Below are positions 24,108 to 35,948 of a stretch of 64,000 bases of DNA, piece by piece. Source of the DNA: Octopus sinensis. Its lineage: Eukaryota. The stretch lies in contig NC_043004.1 of assembly GCF_006345805.1 (NCBI RefSeq), positions 29,636,001 through 29,700,000 on the forward strand, read 5' to 3'. The position numbers and the translations under genes are program-made. The notes beneath the pieces are model-generated. The model made no database searches, was not told the origin of the DNA, and saw only the letters and a program-made list of their open reading frames with translations. Numbering within the stretch: position 1 is the stretch's first letter; each line of letters opens with the position of its first letter.

Positions 24108-24795
24108 ACATTAGTTAAAAGGAGCGAGCACACATGCACGTACTAACATCACCACCACCACCACCAGTAGCAGGATAGATAAAAAATTTGTGTTGATTAA
24201 GAATATGAGACAGCTCGAAACATCAGTGAGGTGTTTGGTAGAGGTTTGGCAAACGAGTGCACTGTACATTGATGGTTTGAGACGTTCCAGTCTGGTGACT
24301 TTACTCTTGAAAACACCTATTAAATATCTAACTCACTTTGTAATTATGAGTGCGGCGCCTAACTTTGTGTGTATGTATGCTCTCATCTTTGCTAATGCTT
24401 GTATGAGCATGTGTACTCATGCCATGCAGCTTGCCCGAGGGCGTTTATACATCCATATCTGTTAATGGTTATTTTCAATACTTTTCTCACTGGATTAAGT
24501 GTTCGTTTCTCTTTTTGTTTTCTGCAATTTTATTTTTGGATCTTCTACATATATGAAGAATTTTCCTCTGTCTGGCTATTTTTCTCTCTACAAAATGGGA
24601 AGTTACATTATGGAACATTCATTTTAACGAATTTTTTAAATTTATTTATCACTCGACGAGATACGTCTGCACCACCGGATGCTCCTGAACCAGTTTTTGT
24701 GTGTCCTACAAGAGGAGTCGATGCTAGATGTGTCAAAACAATTGTGATTAATAATATATTCTCGTATATTCCATCTTCTGTTTTTCATTTGTTAC

Positions 24796-24826
<31 letters not shown>

Positions 24827-24980
24827 TACACACACCACACATATACAATGTTATGCATTTGATAGCCCCTCCCCCATATCAGAATGTTAATAAGGAGGTG
24901 GAGTAAGTATAATGGTGTGGCTGCTGCTACTGATGGTGATGGTGGTACATGCATGTGTGCTTGCTCCTTTTAACTAATGT
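24108..24980. repeat. ~870-bp segment bounded by ~50-bp inverted repeats
   Basis: acattagttaaaaggagcgagcacacatgcacgtac... / ...gtacatgcatgtgtgcttgctccttttaactaatgt. Confidence 0.65.
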
Positions 24981-25685
24981 GCAAATGTAATGGCGGTGGC
25001 TAGTACACATGCTGACATCAATCAGTAGATAATCGTGTGCACACACATGCACACACACACACTTTTTTAAGCGAAATGTTTCATTAAATGACCTTGAGGT
25101 AGATTGTGATCTTTTAGGTTACTGTGTTCTGATATAGGCTGATGACTTACTAGTTTTATTAGATTTTTTTCTTTCTCTCTTTTTCTTCTCCTCGCTCCCC
25201 TCCACGTACAGAGAAAAATTTAATACATTTAACTTATATTTGATTCCAACCGTATACTAGTTTGATGGGTGATGGGTAGGAAAGGAGTTTTCTTTTTATA
25301 ATTTAGATTACACCAATTCTGATGATAGCTCAAAATACCAAAAGCCAAACTGGGTGGTTATCTTGCCAAATTATGTAGACATATCTAGCGTATATATGCA
25401 TGTGTGCATTTTAAATAATACACACCCAATCATAGACACATTACACTACATACAACATGGAACAAGTGTCCCTTTACAAGTTTGTTCACCCTACCAAAAA
25501 TACCTCTCAAATTATGCTCTACTCTCTCAAAAAAGTATGGTAGGACACATTAGATAATATACTCTTAGACACATTATCTGAAAAAGGATGAAGTGGCCTT
25601 GGCTGGGATGCCATTGATAGGTCTGCCTGATCAGAACTGACCTGGGAATAAACAACACACATATACACACCCTCAAAATAAGGAA

Positions 25686-25902
25686 AAATAAGAGCACCCT
25701 GAGAGTGCAAACCTCTGCCAAGGCAACACCAGTGTCCTCTCAATGATTAGCCAGAGAGGATTTTTTAAATGAGAATATATGAAATAATCTCGACTGTTCT
25801 CACAAACGAGAATCCTAAAAATGAACCCGACCACTCTCAAAAATTAAATAAAAACAACCAGGAAAATAATCCAGGATCCTTGTTCCGTACCTGATCGATT
25901 CC
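25686..25902. mobile_element. Probable non-autonomous Helentron/HINE-type fragment
   Basis: Terminus aagagcaccctgagagtgcaaacctctgccaaggc resembles the subterminal palindrome plus subTIR organisation of HINE/DINE-like elements. Recognition only; the other end was not found. Confidence 0.45.
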
Positions 25903-27029
25903 AGTGGTCTTGGAATGTGAACGTGGGTGTGTGGGACATGTTTGTAATGCTGTGTGTGTGTCATCTGCAATGGGTAACAGGGACAGTTTCCTCTATGAAG
26001 GCTTTTTTTTTAGTCCAGTGTCTTTATGATCATTAAGGTCTATAGTGAAAAATTTATCCGTGTGTGAAAGAAAACGGAAAGGACCTGCATACAGTGCTGT
26101 TAAGGGAGGTTTAACAACATCGTTGCGCACAAAAATGTGAGTCTAAGAAGTAAAGCTTCCTTTGAGGAAGAACTAGAAATGCAATTGTCAAGTAGGTAAG
26201 AGGTTTTAAACAGGAGCGATATATTTAAAATTAGTAAAAGTAAAAATTGTTGAGGATGAACTAAATTTATCATTGTTACTGAATATGTTAGTGTTATTTA
26301 ATTTCTGAACAGTTTTGCTGCCATTTATGTAGTTTGATTTCTTTATCCATCAGTTTCTAATTGTTTTAGTATCAACACTTGATCCCAGATGACACCATTT
26401 TCTAAACAAGTAAAATTCAAGAACACACATCATACATTCACACATACTTTGTGTTAGTCAGCGAAAGAAGAACAGTAACTGAACTTTCTTGCTGGGTCTC
26501 TGACATGGGGAGAGAGGTGAGAATGATGTAAGAAACTATGATTAATTGGTTGCTGTAGTAGGGAACAGCACATGACAATATTAAGTTTTTCTTACACCGG
26601 AGTTATAATTTGAATGTTTGAAAAAAAGGGGACAGTGGTAAAGGTACACAAGTGATGCATTCGGTCTAGTTGTAGACAGTACTTGGGAAGTATTTGGATA
26701 AAATCTTACTTCCATGAAGCTATTCCATTAATGCTGCATTAATAAGTCATCATCTCAGGAAGTCAAATGGTTTTGTGCCAAAAAAGAAACAACTGATTTA
26801 GTTTTTACTTCATCAACTTTAAAGAAAAGGTCAGAGAGCAAAGCTTTTATCTCTTCATTACTTTCATTGGTCTTATCAAAGTATTCAACAGTGTTAAGTG
26901 TGATAGTTTGTGGAAAGTACTCTCCAAGATTGGCTGTCCTCCTGGTTTTGTGGAAATCATGACATCCTTTCATAATGGAATGTAAAGAACTGTTGTTGAA
27001 AATAGAATCATAGTTACACCTTTTATTGG

Positions 27030-27960
27030 GACAAATATGTCAAGAAAGGCTGTGTTCTTACCCCATCATTATTCAGTACCTACTTCTTGATTATGCCTAA
27101 TTCAGCCTTCAAAGAATCTCCAATTGGCTGCATGATTTAGTTTCCAATTGATAGCAACATTTTCAATCTTCAACAACTTCATGTTAAGACAAAGATATCA
27201 AAAGTGTTTGTGCATTTGCTGTTGCTCTTTGCAGATGATTATTCCTTATTGATCATGCTTTTGATATTCAAAGAATTACAGATTGTTTTTGGCTGCTGCA
27301 AAGAACGTTGGTCTCACTGTCAGCATGAAGATTGAAATCATGCTCCAACCCTTACCTAGGCTTGGATCCTTCCTGAATAAACCAGTAATCCTTATTAGTG
27401 GAAAGGTGCTAAAAGTGGTGAAGAATTTTACCTACTTGAGCAGTACAACAATGTCCAATAAACTAAGAATTTCACTGTTTATTCCACAATTGGCCAAACA
27501 AGTATTGCTTTGACAAATCTGCTTTGGAATGATCCAGATATTTCACTTTATATGAAAATTCAGACATATAAAGCAGAGGTAATTACAACACTCTTGTTTT
27601 GTAAATCCCCTGTATTACATGCAGATAAAATAATTAGACAGTTTCCTCTTTATTGTATTCATAAAATCTCTAAAATCTGGTGGGAGGATATGATATCCAA
27701 TACAGAAGTCCTATCATGCTGAAAAGTCACTGGTATGCAGCCATTATTAATAAGATATCAACTTCACTAAGGTGGTCATTTGACTTGGATTCAAAATGAT
27801 TGCATTCCCAAAGAGGCTTTTTTTTATGACCAGCCTGCTAGAGTTAAGCATTTTGTATGCACACTATAGAAACAGTGTACAGATTCCCTGAGACAAAATC
27901 CAAAACTGTGTCATACAAATGAAGCTGTGATTCAAAGGTTGATTGTGATGGTTGGAGAAA
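27030..27960 (+). pseudogene. Old RTE (BovB-like) LINE RT remnant
   Basis: VKKGCVLTPSLF (~27038), LLFADD (~27225), LKVVKNFTYLSS, KISKIWWEDMISNTEVL. Confidence 0.75.
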
Positions 27961-29496
27961 ACATAGCATAAAGAAGACACTGCATATCTCTTGAATCAAG
28001 TTGTGTTGAAGACCTTGTATAGAAAAGAAGGATGCATAAACAGATTCAAACTGAATATATTCCTTTGCTTCATGCTCTTGCTTGACGAGGCTGGAATCAT
28101 CGCAGGTTTGTGGTCCCAGAGATGTCATCATGTATAGACCAGGTCCACCAGTGCTGTCCATCACTGGTGGTCCCGTGTCAGTCCCTCCTGGTTTGGCCTC
28201 ATTGTGGTGAGGAGGCTTGTGTATTCCATAGATCCAAAAGAGCGCTACAGTCTGGAGCTTTGCCCCTGGTATGGCTACCCTAGGCAGGTCATTCTCTCAG
28301 GGAGATTCCAGACTAATGGCGACCCATGGCATGTTGGCTCATTGCTGAGATGACATCCTCCTCATCCAAACATTCTGTGGAGGACCAATACCCTCCCAGA
28401 AGAACCCTCAACGTGTTACAACACTGACTAGAAGAATATATTCCCCTATAATTTTTTCCTGTTTTTGTTTTTAGCCACCCTGTTGTCTGTACTACAATTT
28501 CTACAGTCTTGACAATAACTCTGGCTGCAAGAATAAAGATGAACTTGGGAATTGAACCATGTGTCATCAGTTTACCACACAATAAAAATATACAATTACC
28601 CATCTCTGCCTACCAAACAATTATCTCAGTATACAATATAATGATTCATATACAACTTTGTAACATAGCTATGCTCACCTAGGTAAATTTCTGTTTATGC
28701 CGATTATAGAAAAATGCCTAATCATAATTTGATCCATAAATGATAATACCTAGCATTTCAGGAATATTTACTAAATTATGTCTATAGCTTTTGTGCATTT
28801 ATAAATAATACTTTGAAATGGTGTGTGTGTGTGTGTGCCTGTGCACACACAAGCACAATATATACACGTACATAAAATGAACCAGAAACAAGTCCTACCT
28901 TAATTTTGTCTTACTGCAATTTGAAAAGACTTGTAAATTAATACAGTAAGCAATAACTTGATATTTTTTAAGAGGTCATGCAATCAAAAGTGTGTGTGAC
29001 ATGCTTGTGTGTGTGTTGTGAGAGAGAGAGATTGCTCACAATAAATTTGACTACTCTCAGTATTTAGTCACCTTCATCAGTTAATGTTCCATTGTTTTTC
29101 TTAAACTACCTTTAAAATGATTAACAATTTAACACACACACTCACACAGAGTCTATAGTAGGGGGCAATTGCCTAATGTACCATGCAGTGTAACTGAATC
29201 TGAAACCATGTAGTTAGGAAGCAATCTCCTCAACCACACAGCTATGCTTGTGTCTATATATAAATATAGACACAGGCATATATAGATATGTGTGTGTGTG
29301 TGAGTGGACACACGAAAAAAGGGCCCTCAACTCATTGGGAGTTGCATGTATTATTCAAAATAGTTTGATTCGGATTCCATGCTACTTCAAGTCTTGAAGC
29401 CCCTAACAGAGCCTGAGAAGATAGGCTCAATAAGGGGCTTCAAAATTCAAAGCAACTTGGAATTTGAATCAATCTGTTTTGAATAATATATATATA

Positions 29497-29925
29497 TAGG
29501 CACCGACATGGCTGTGTGGTTAAGAAGCTCACTTTGCAACTGCATGGTTTAGGGTTCAGTACTACTGCATGGTATGTCAGGCTAGTGTCTTCTACAATAG
29601 ACCTGGGCCAACCAATGCCCTGTGAATCAATTTGAGGAAAAGAAATTGTGTGCAAACTAGTTGTGCCATATGTGTGTGTGTGTGTGTCTACTTTTTTTTT
29701 GTGTCTGTACTTGTTATCCTCCTCCAACACACCACTTGACAACCAGTGTTGGTTTGTTTACATCTCTGTAAGTTAGCAATTTGGCGAAAGAGAATGATAA
29801 AACATGTGCCACTCTTTAAAAAACAAGATAACTCGCGTTAATTTATTTGACTAAAATCCTTCAAGGCAGTGCCCCTGCATGGTTGCAATCTAGTGACTGA
29901 AACAAGTAACTGATAAAAGATAAAA
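29497..29925 (+). mobile_element. tRNA-derived SINE, full length
   Basis: ggcaccgacatggctgtgtggttaagaagc head, internal (TG)n, gactgaaacaagtaa tail. Confidence 0.8.
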
Positions 29926-29927
29926 AC

Positions 29928-29966
<39 letters not shown>

Positions 29967-29968
<2 letters not shown>

Positions 29969-30142
29969 CGGGAAGCTTTACGAAAATAAACAAAAGATGA
30001 AGGCAGGTGGAGTACAAACAAATTATTGTATTAGTATGGCGCTCAGGAATAGAAATAAAACAAGTCTTTTACGTTTTGAGCCTACGCTCTTCAACAGAAA
30101 GATACACAGAAAAGAAACAAGGAGAGAAAAAAAATGCGTGCA
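29967..30142 (-). mobile_element. Probable Penelope pseudo-LTR fragment with hammerhead-like motif (30065-30102)
   Basis: Minus strand tcttt CTGTTGA a gagc gtag gctc aAAA cg TA aaaga. Related to 30578-30740 in the opposite orientation. Confidence 0.55.
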
Positions 30143-30154
30143 GATATATATATA

Positions 30155-30570
30155 TCATGATTATCATCATCATTATTACTTTTCAATGTCTTTTCTCCAT
30201 ACTGTTTTGGGTTGGATGGTTTGACAAGAGTTGGCCAGCTTGAGAGCTGCACAGGCTACATTTGTCTGTTTTAGCATAATTTCTATGGTTGGATGCCCTT
30301 CTGAACACCAACCACTTTACAAAGTATACTGGGTGCTTTTATGTGGCACTGGCATGGGTGCTTCTATGTGCACCAGCGCAGGTGCTTTTATGTAGCACCA
30401 GCACAGGTACTTTTATGTGGCAGGAGCCCACAAGACTAGGATCTCTTGTATAAGAGGGAGATGTAGAAGACATGCCTGAATGCATGGACAGCCACAATTT
30501 TACTTCGTCTGACATGTCTTCTCAAACACGACAAACTGTCAGAGGCCTCTGCCCTTTCTCATCTCCTTGA
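30155..30570 (-). mobile_element. RTE 3' tail fragment
   Basis: (CAT)n followed by ggatgcccttctgaacaccaaccac and short tandem gtgctttt units. Confidence 0.7.
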
Positions 30571-30577
30571 TAGATTG

Positions 30578-30740
30578 CTAGCCACTAATCCTTTCTGTTT
30601 TCTCTCCTTGTTTATTTCTGTGTTCCTTTCTGTCAAAGAGCATAGGCTCGAAACGTAAAAGACTTTCTCACTTCCTGAGTGTTAAACATCTGTTTGTTGT
30701 TTACACACCCGTCTTCTTTTGTTTTTTGTAAATTCTTACT
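30578..30740 (+). mobile_element. Probable Penelope pseudo-LTR fragment with hammerhead-like motif (30625-30662)
   Basis: ccttt CTGTCAA a gagc atag gctc GAAA cg TA aaaga. Confidence 0.55.
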
Positions 30741-30758
30741 ATATATATATATACTAGA

Positions 30759-31150
30759 CTAGACTACTTGTGACCCGTTGGGTCACCAGGAAGATCAGAG
30801 TTTTCCAGCAGCGGAGTTTTGTTTTGTGAGTTTTTCTTTTCTTCTTTTCTAGGTTATTTTACATGCTTTCAACAAATGTGACATTGAAAGGTTAGAGTTT
30901 CTTCCCTTTCAGGGTGAAGTTAAATTCAGAACATTTTCCCATTATGCACCATTTTGGGCATTTATACTCCCAAACCCCAAATATCTCAATAACTGCCGCC
31001 CCGATTTATGCGGAACTTATTTCATTCCGTTCGTATTAAGATTTCAGGGTTAAGTTAATTCATAGTATTTTCCCATTATGCTCCAGTTTGGCTGGGCAAC
31101 ATTGCAAGCAAGTAAGCAAGATTCAAACTGACTTTTAATGTATTTTATAT
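30759..31150 (-). mobile_element. Non-autonomous Helitron (second family)
   Basis: Minus-strand 3' end with a perfect hairpin gtgaccc-aac-gggtcac (30770-30786) followed by CTAG|T. The 5' end is lost in (TA)n. Confidence 0.65.
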
Positions 31151-31341
31151 ATATATATATATATATAACGAGAGAGAGATACAAATAGATTGGCAGACTG
31201 ATATCATTATCATCATCAGCAACAGCAACAGTGTTATGTATATTTCCATGCTGTAATGGGTTGGATGGGACTTTTTAAGATAGTGTTTTACGGCTGGATC
31301 CTCTTCTTGTTGCCAATCCTTTTAATGCAGTGGTACATGTG

Positions 31342-31377
<36 letters not shown>

Positions 31378-31384
31378 ATGTATT

Positions 31385-31773
31385 CTTGTATTCCTTTATT
31401 TGTTTTGATCATTTGACTGCAGCCATGCTGGAGCACTGCCTTTAGTTGAACAAATCAACCCGGGGACTTATTCTTTGTAAACTTAGTACTTATGCTATCA
31501 GTCTCTTTTGCCAAACCGCTAAGTTACGGGATGTAAACACACCAACATCGGTTTTCAAGCGATGGGGGGGACAAACACAAACACACAAACATATATATAT
31601 ACATACATACGATGGGCTTCTTTCAGTTTCCATCAACCAAATCCCCTCACAAGACTTTGGTCAGCCCAAAGCTATAGTAGAAGACACTTGCCCAAGGTAC
31701 CACACAGTGAGACTGAACTTGGAACCATGTGGTTGGTAAGCAAGCTACTTACCACACAGCCACTCCTGCGCCT
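31385..31773 (-). mobile_element. tRNA-derived SINE, full length
   Basis: Reverse complement of the 45772/59031 family. Confidence 0.85.
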
Positions 31774-31994
31774 ATATGTACCCAGTGAGTAGTTATGCCC
31801 AATGTTTGGGTATAAACTGCTAGAAACGCAAAAGTGATGCCTTAGAATTCCATTCTTATTGTTTCATCAATCCTTAGATTGGTACTCTTTTTCATTAACC
31901 CAGAAAAGCAAAGGTGACCTTGATAGAATTTGAACTGAGAACACAAAGTGTTGGAACAAATACCATGAAATATTCTATTGAAGACTCTAATCAC

Positions 31995-32220
31995 CATTAT
32001 CATCATCATTAACGTTTAATGTCGTTTTTCCATGCTGGCATGAATTGGACAGCTTGACAGGAACTGGCAAAGCCAGGGGTGACATCAGGTTCCATAGACT
32101 GTTTTGGCTTGCTTTTCTACAGCTGGATACCCTTCCTAATGCCAACCACTTTACAGAGTATACAAGGTGCTTTTTATGTGGTACCAGCACCCACACCTAT
32201 GCTTTTTACATGGCACCTTG
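31995..32220 (-). mobile_element. RTE 3' tail fragment
   Basis: tttctacagctggatacccttcctaatgccaaccac. Confidence 0.7.
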
Positions 32221-32691
32221 GTTTTTGGTAATGTCTCTGCTTATTTGCCATTTGAAGAGGGTTCAGTTGATAGCATTGTTTCAGTGATTAGTCTTATCGT
32301 TTCTTTTACTAACAGCGTCTTTATTGTTTCTTTTGACACCATCAAGATTATTGATTTCTATGAAAGACTGACAAGTACAGTGTTTTTGTGGCAGGGCACA
32401 ATGAAATATATTGCTTCTAACACTTCACAAAGAAGACTCTAGTGATCATTCATTTTGCTGACAATTAAAGCCAGATTTCCTTCACATTACACACTTTGAA
32501 TTTAGGAAGGACATATGAGAAAATATAGTCATACATAAATGTAAAAAGGTGGAATGGTTTTTACCTAGAAAGTATTTGATCACAGGTCTGCTTTATTTTG
32601 GCTGATTTAGAACTAAACAACATCAAAAACAACTTATACTTCTTTGATTGACCTCAGAAGGATGACAAAGTTGACTTCATAGAAGATTGTA

Positions 32692-32985
32692 TAACACTCT
32701 GCCAATTCTACCACCCATCATTCTACAAAGTCTACCATCCACTGCTCAACTAATTCTCCCACTTACCTCTTTACCAATTAAACCATCCACTGCTTTATCA
32801 AATCTAACAGCCATCACTCTACTAATTCTACCACGTACTGCTTTATCAATTCTAACACCTTACTGATTCTATCAACCATCACTCTACCAGTTGTACTATT
32901 CTCCTCTCTTTACCAATTCTATTATCCTTCACTCTACCACTCATCGCCCTATCAATTCTACCATCCATCACCTTTCTTATGTCTA
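32692..32985. repeat. Degenerate ~24-bp minisatellite
   Basis: Recurring ccaattctaccatccatcact-like units. Confidence 0.7.
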
Positions 32986-33062
32986 TAATAAAGGTATAAC
33001 TATTGATCATGCTTAACGTTATTGCTGATGCTAGCAATGTCATAGGTGCTTGGTGAAATGAC

Positions 33063-33572
33063 ATACTGCTACTCCTACTCCTAATCCTACTGTTACTTTT
33101 ACTACCAGTTCTACTATTGCTGCTACTGTAGCTATTAGTGTTTCAACCACTATTGCTGCAGTAACTACCACAAATGCTATTGCAACTGCTGCTACTGTTG
33201 TTATTTCTAATGCCAGTACTACAGCTACTACCACCACCACTGCTACTACAACTGCTACTGCTTCTGATATTACTGTTGTTGCTGACAGGCTAACAGTTGA
33301 TGTGTGATGAAGATAATAACACTGACGTGGGTGGTGACAATTATGTTACTGAGGAAAGATGTCAGTCTCGGAAAAAAAAAAAAAGAGTTGATTTTTGGAT
33401 GCAAATGACTTTTGCTACTTCATCTCTTAATTCTGTGTTCTGATTTCAAATTCTGACTGTTGCACAGGGGTTAAACTTCATCCTTTCAGGGTCAATAAGG
33501 ATTGATACAAGTCAGACTCTACCCACTCCACATTCAAAAATTTGACCTTCAACATATGGTAAGAAAGGGTTT

Positions 33573-33646
<74 letters not shown>

Positions 33647-33690
33647 TAGTAGCAGCAGCAGTTGTAGTGGTAGTAGTAGCAGCAGTAGTT
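33063..33690. repeat. Trinucleotide low-complexity tracts: (CTA/CTG)n at 33063-33285 and (AGT/GCA)n at 33573-33690
   Basis: Directly visible. Confidence 0.85.
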
Positions 33691-35179
33691 ATGCTGTTGA
33701 GCTGTCTCAGGTCAAAGTGTTCCAACTATGACCCTCCAGTATTTTACAATGGTAAGGTGTGATACATCTAACAGGTTGAGCAACTGTGCAGAAACTGGCT
33801 CATATTTTCCAGTATTAGTGTAATGTCACAGCAGGGGCTAAATGGTTAAGAAATGTGCTTCATAATTGACATCCCAGGGTTCAACCCCACTGGATAGCAT
33901 TTTGATTTTGAGTAAAACGTTTTTTAACCGCAACCTTAGATTGTCCTAAGCCATGTGTTTGAAACTGGTGGAACTGGGTGGATGGAGACTGTGAAAGCCT
34001 GTCGCATGGATTGTACTTCTAATTTAATGGTACAGCCTTGTCGGGATCTGCACTAAACTGCCCTAAGACCAAAATCCACTTCTAGAATATGTGAATAAGA
34101 GGAAGACCATGGAGAAATGGAAGAATTTCTGAATGGCATAGGGCACAGTATCAGGTTGTAGTAAAATGAACTTTAAATGAACCTCAACACTTAATGAGGT
34201 TTTTAATATTTGGTATGATGTTCTTTTTAATATGTTCATTTTTGTGATTGGGGTTATTATATAATTAATGTAATATTTTATTTACATCACAGAAAAGTGT
34301 TCATAAACTATAAATAAATAAGAATTGAAATTATGTTTTAAAAATTGCTTTCTTTTTTTTTTTGTCCTAGTGGAATTTTGTCCTAAGGGTTTTTTTTTTT
34401 CCTTGAGTGTTCTGTCCTAAGGGAGTTTTGTCCAACATTCAGCCTTGTCACACTCTGTTACACAGACTCTACCTGACAACTTCATTAAAGGTACACATGT
34501 CTGGGGAATACTCTGCCACTTTCATACTAATTCAATGAACAAGAAATTCAGCTTACAGTCATCACTGAAACTGATGGAGATCCATTATTTAAGTGTTGGG
34601 TACTGCCTCTTCCTGCTACAACTACTGCTGCTGTTGCTGATGATGATAATGCCTTGCTACTATTGCTGTTATTGTTTTAGTTATTGTTGTTAATGTCGTT
34701 GTGTAGTAAGACATGCAATCTTTCCCAGTTGCCCCCATAGGCTGATAATTTCTCTTGAGAGGGGGGTCATTGTGCTGATTCCCTTGTTGTTGTTGTTGTT
34801 GTTGTTGTCTGGTTGGGTGTGACTTGTATGGAGGAGGGGAAGATAGTATCAGTGTAGTAATAACGATGATGCTGATGTTGTAGCTGTTGCTTGTACTGTT
34901 ATTATTACTGATGCAGCTGGTTTTCTGCCAGCAAACATGTAATACAGTGGCAGTGGCTGCTGCTGGGTCTCGTGCATTCTAACTGCAAGTAATGTTCTTT
35001 TCTACTGGAGAGAGTTCGGTGAACTGAGAAGAATGTGAAGTGAAATAAGACAGAATGTGAGGAGGAATGATGGGGGGTGGGGTGAGACAGAGACGTTTAG
35101 ACAGAAAGAAGGTTCAGTACTTCATAATGTACTCTTGGAGCTGATTTTAGTGGTGTTAACAGTTGGTTGTCATTAAAGA

Positions 35180-35372
35180 GTTGGCTGTGTGGTTAAGAAG
35201 CTTCCTCCCCACCCATGTACTTTTAGGCTCAGCTCCACCCACTGTATGGTACATTGAGAATGTGTCTTTTATTATAGCCCCAGGCCAGCCAGAGCTTTAT
35301 GAGTGGATGTGGTGGATTTGTTAGATGGAAACTGAAAGAAGCTCATTGTATGCATGTGTGTGTGTATGTATG

Positions 35373-35403
<31 letters not shown>

Positions 35404-35611
35404 ATGTATATCCCTCTCACTCTTTCGGAGAGGCACAAGCACCTACACGCACATATACACACACGGCAGTAACTTCCGCCTGCCGAATTCAATCACAAAG
35501 CTTCGGTCGGCTCGGGGCTATAGTGGAAGACACCTACCCAAAGTGCCACGCAGTGGGACTGAACCCAAAACCATGTAGCTAGGAAGCAAGCTCCCTAACC
35601 ACACAGCCATG

Positions 35612-35617
<6 letters not shown>
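35180..35617. mobile_element. Two SINE 5' halves in opposite orientation (35180-35360 +, 35470-35617 -)
   Basis: ggctgtgtggtt head on + and aaccacacagcc on the far side. Confidence 0.7.
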
Positions 35618-35649
<32 letters not shown>

Positions 35650-35651
<2 letters not shown>

Positions 35652-35822
35652 CACGTGAAAAGCACCCACTACACTCACGGAGTGGTTGGCGTTAGGAAGG
35701 GCATCCAGCTGTAGAAACATTGCCAGATCAGACTGGGCCTGGTGCAACCTTCTGGTTTCCCAGACCCCAGTTGAACCGTCCAACCCATGGTAGCATGGAA
35801 AGCAGACGCTAAATGATGATGA

Positions 35823-35826
<4 letters not shown>
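35650..35826 (+). mobile_element. RTE 3' tail inserted in (TA)n
   Basis: ggcacgtgaaaagcacccactacactc...gacgctaaatgatgatgag. Confidence 0.85.
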
Positions 35827-35903
<77 letters not shown>

Positions 35904-35948
35904 CTTACAAGATAAGCAAAAGTGTCTGTGCACTGCTATATGTATATC

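Noticed and set aside
25310-25365. Other CTGATGA hits (25319, 19034, 20666, 45699, 46328, 63278)
   Set aside because: No properly spaced GAAA with supporting stems; the 7-mer is expected by chance.
33040-33762. Hydrophobic V/A/S-rich ORFs resembling membrane or mucin proteins
   Set aside because: Trinucleotide low-complexity tracts with no splice or homology support.
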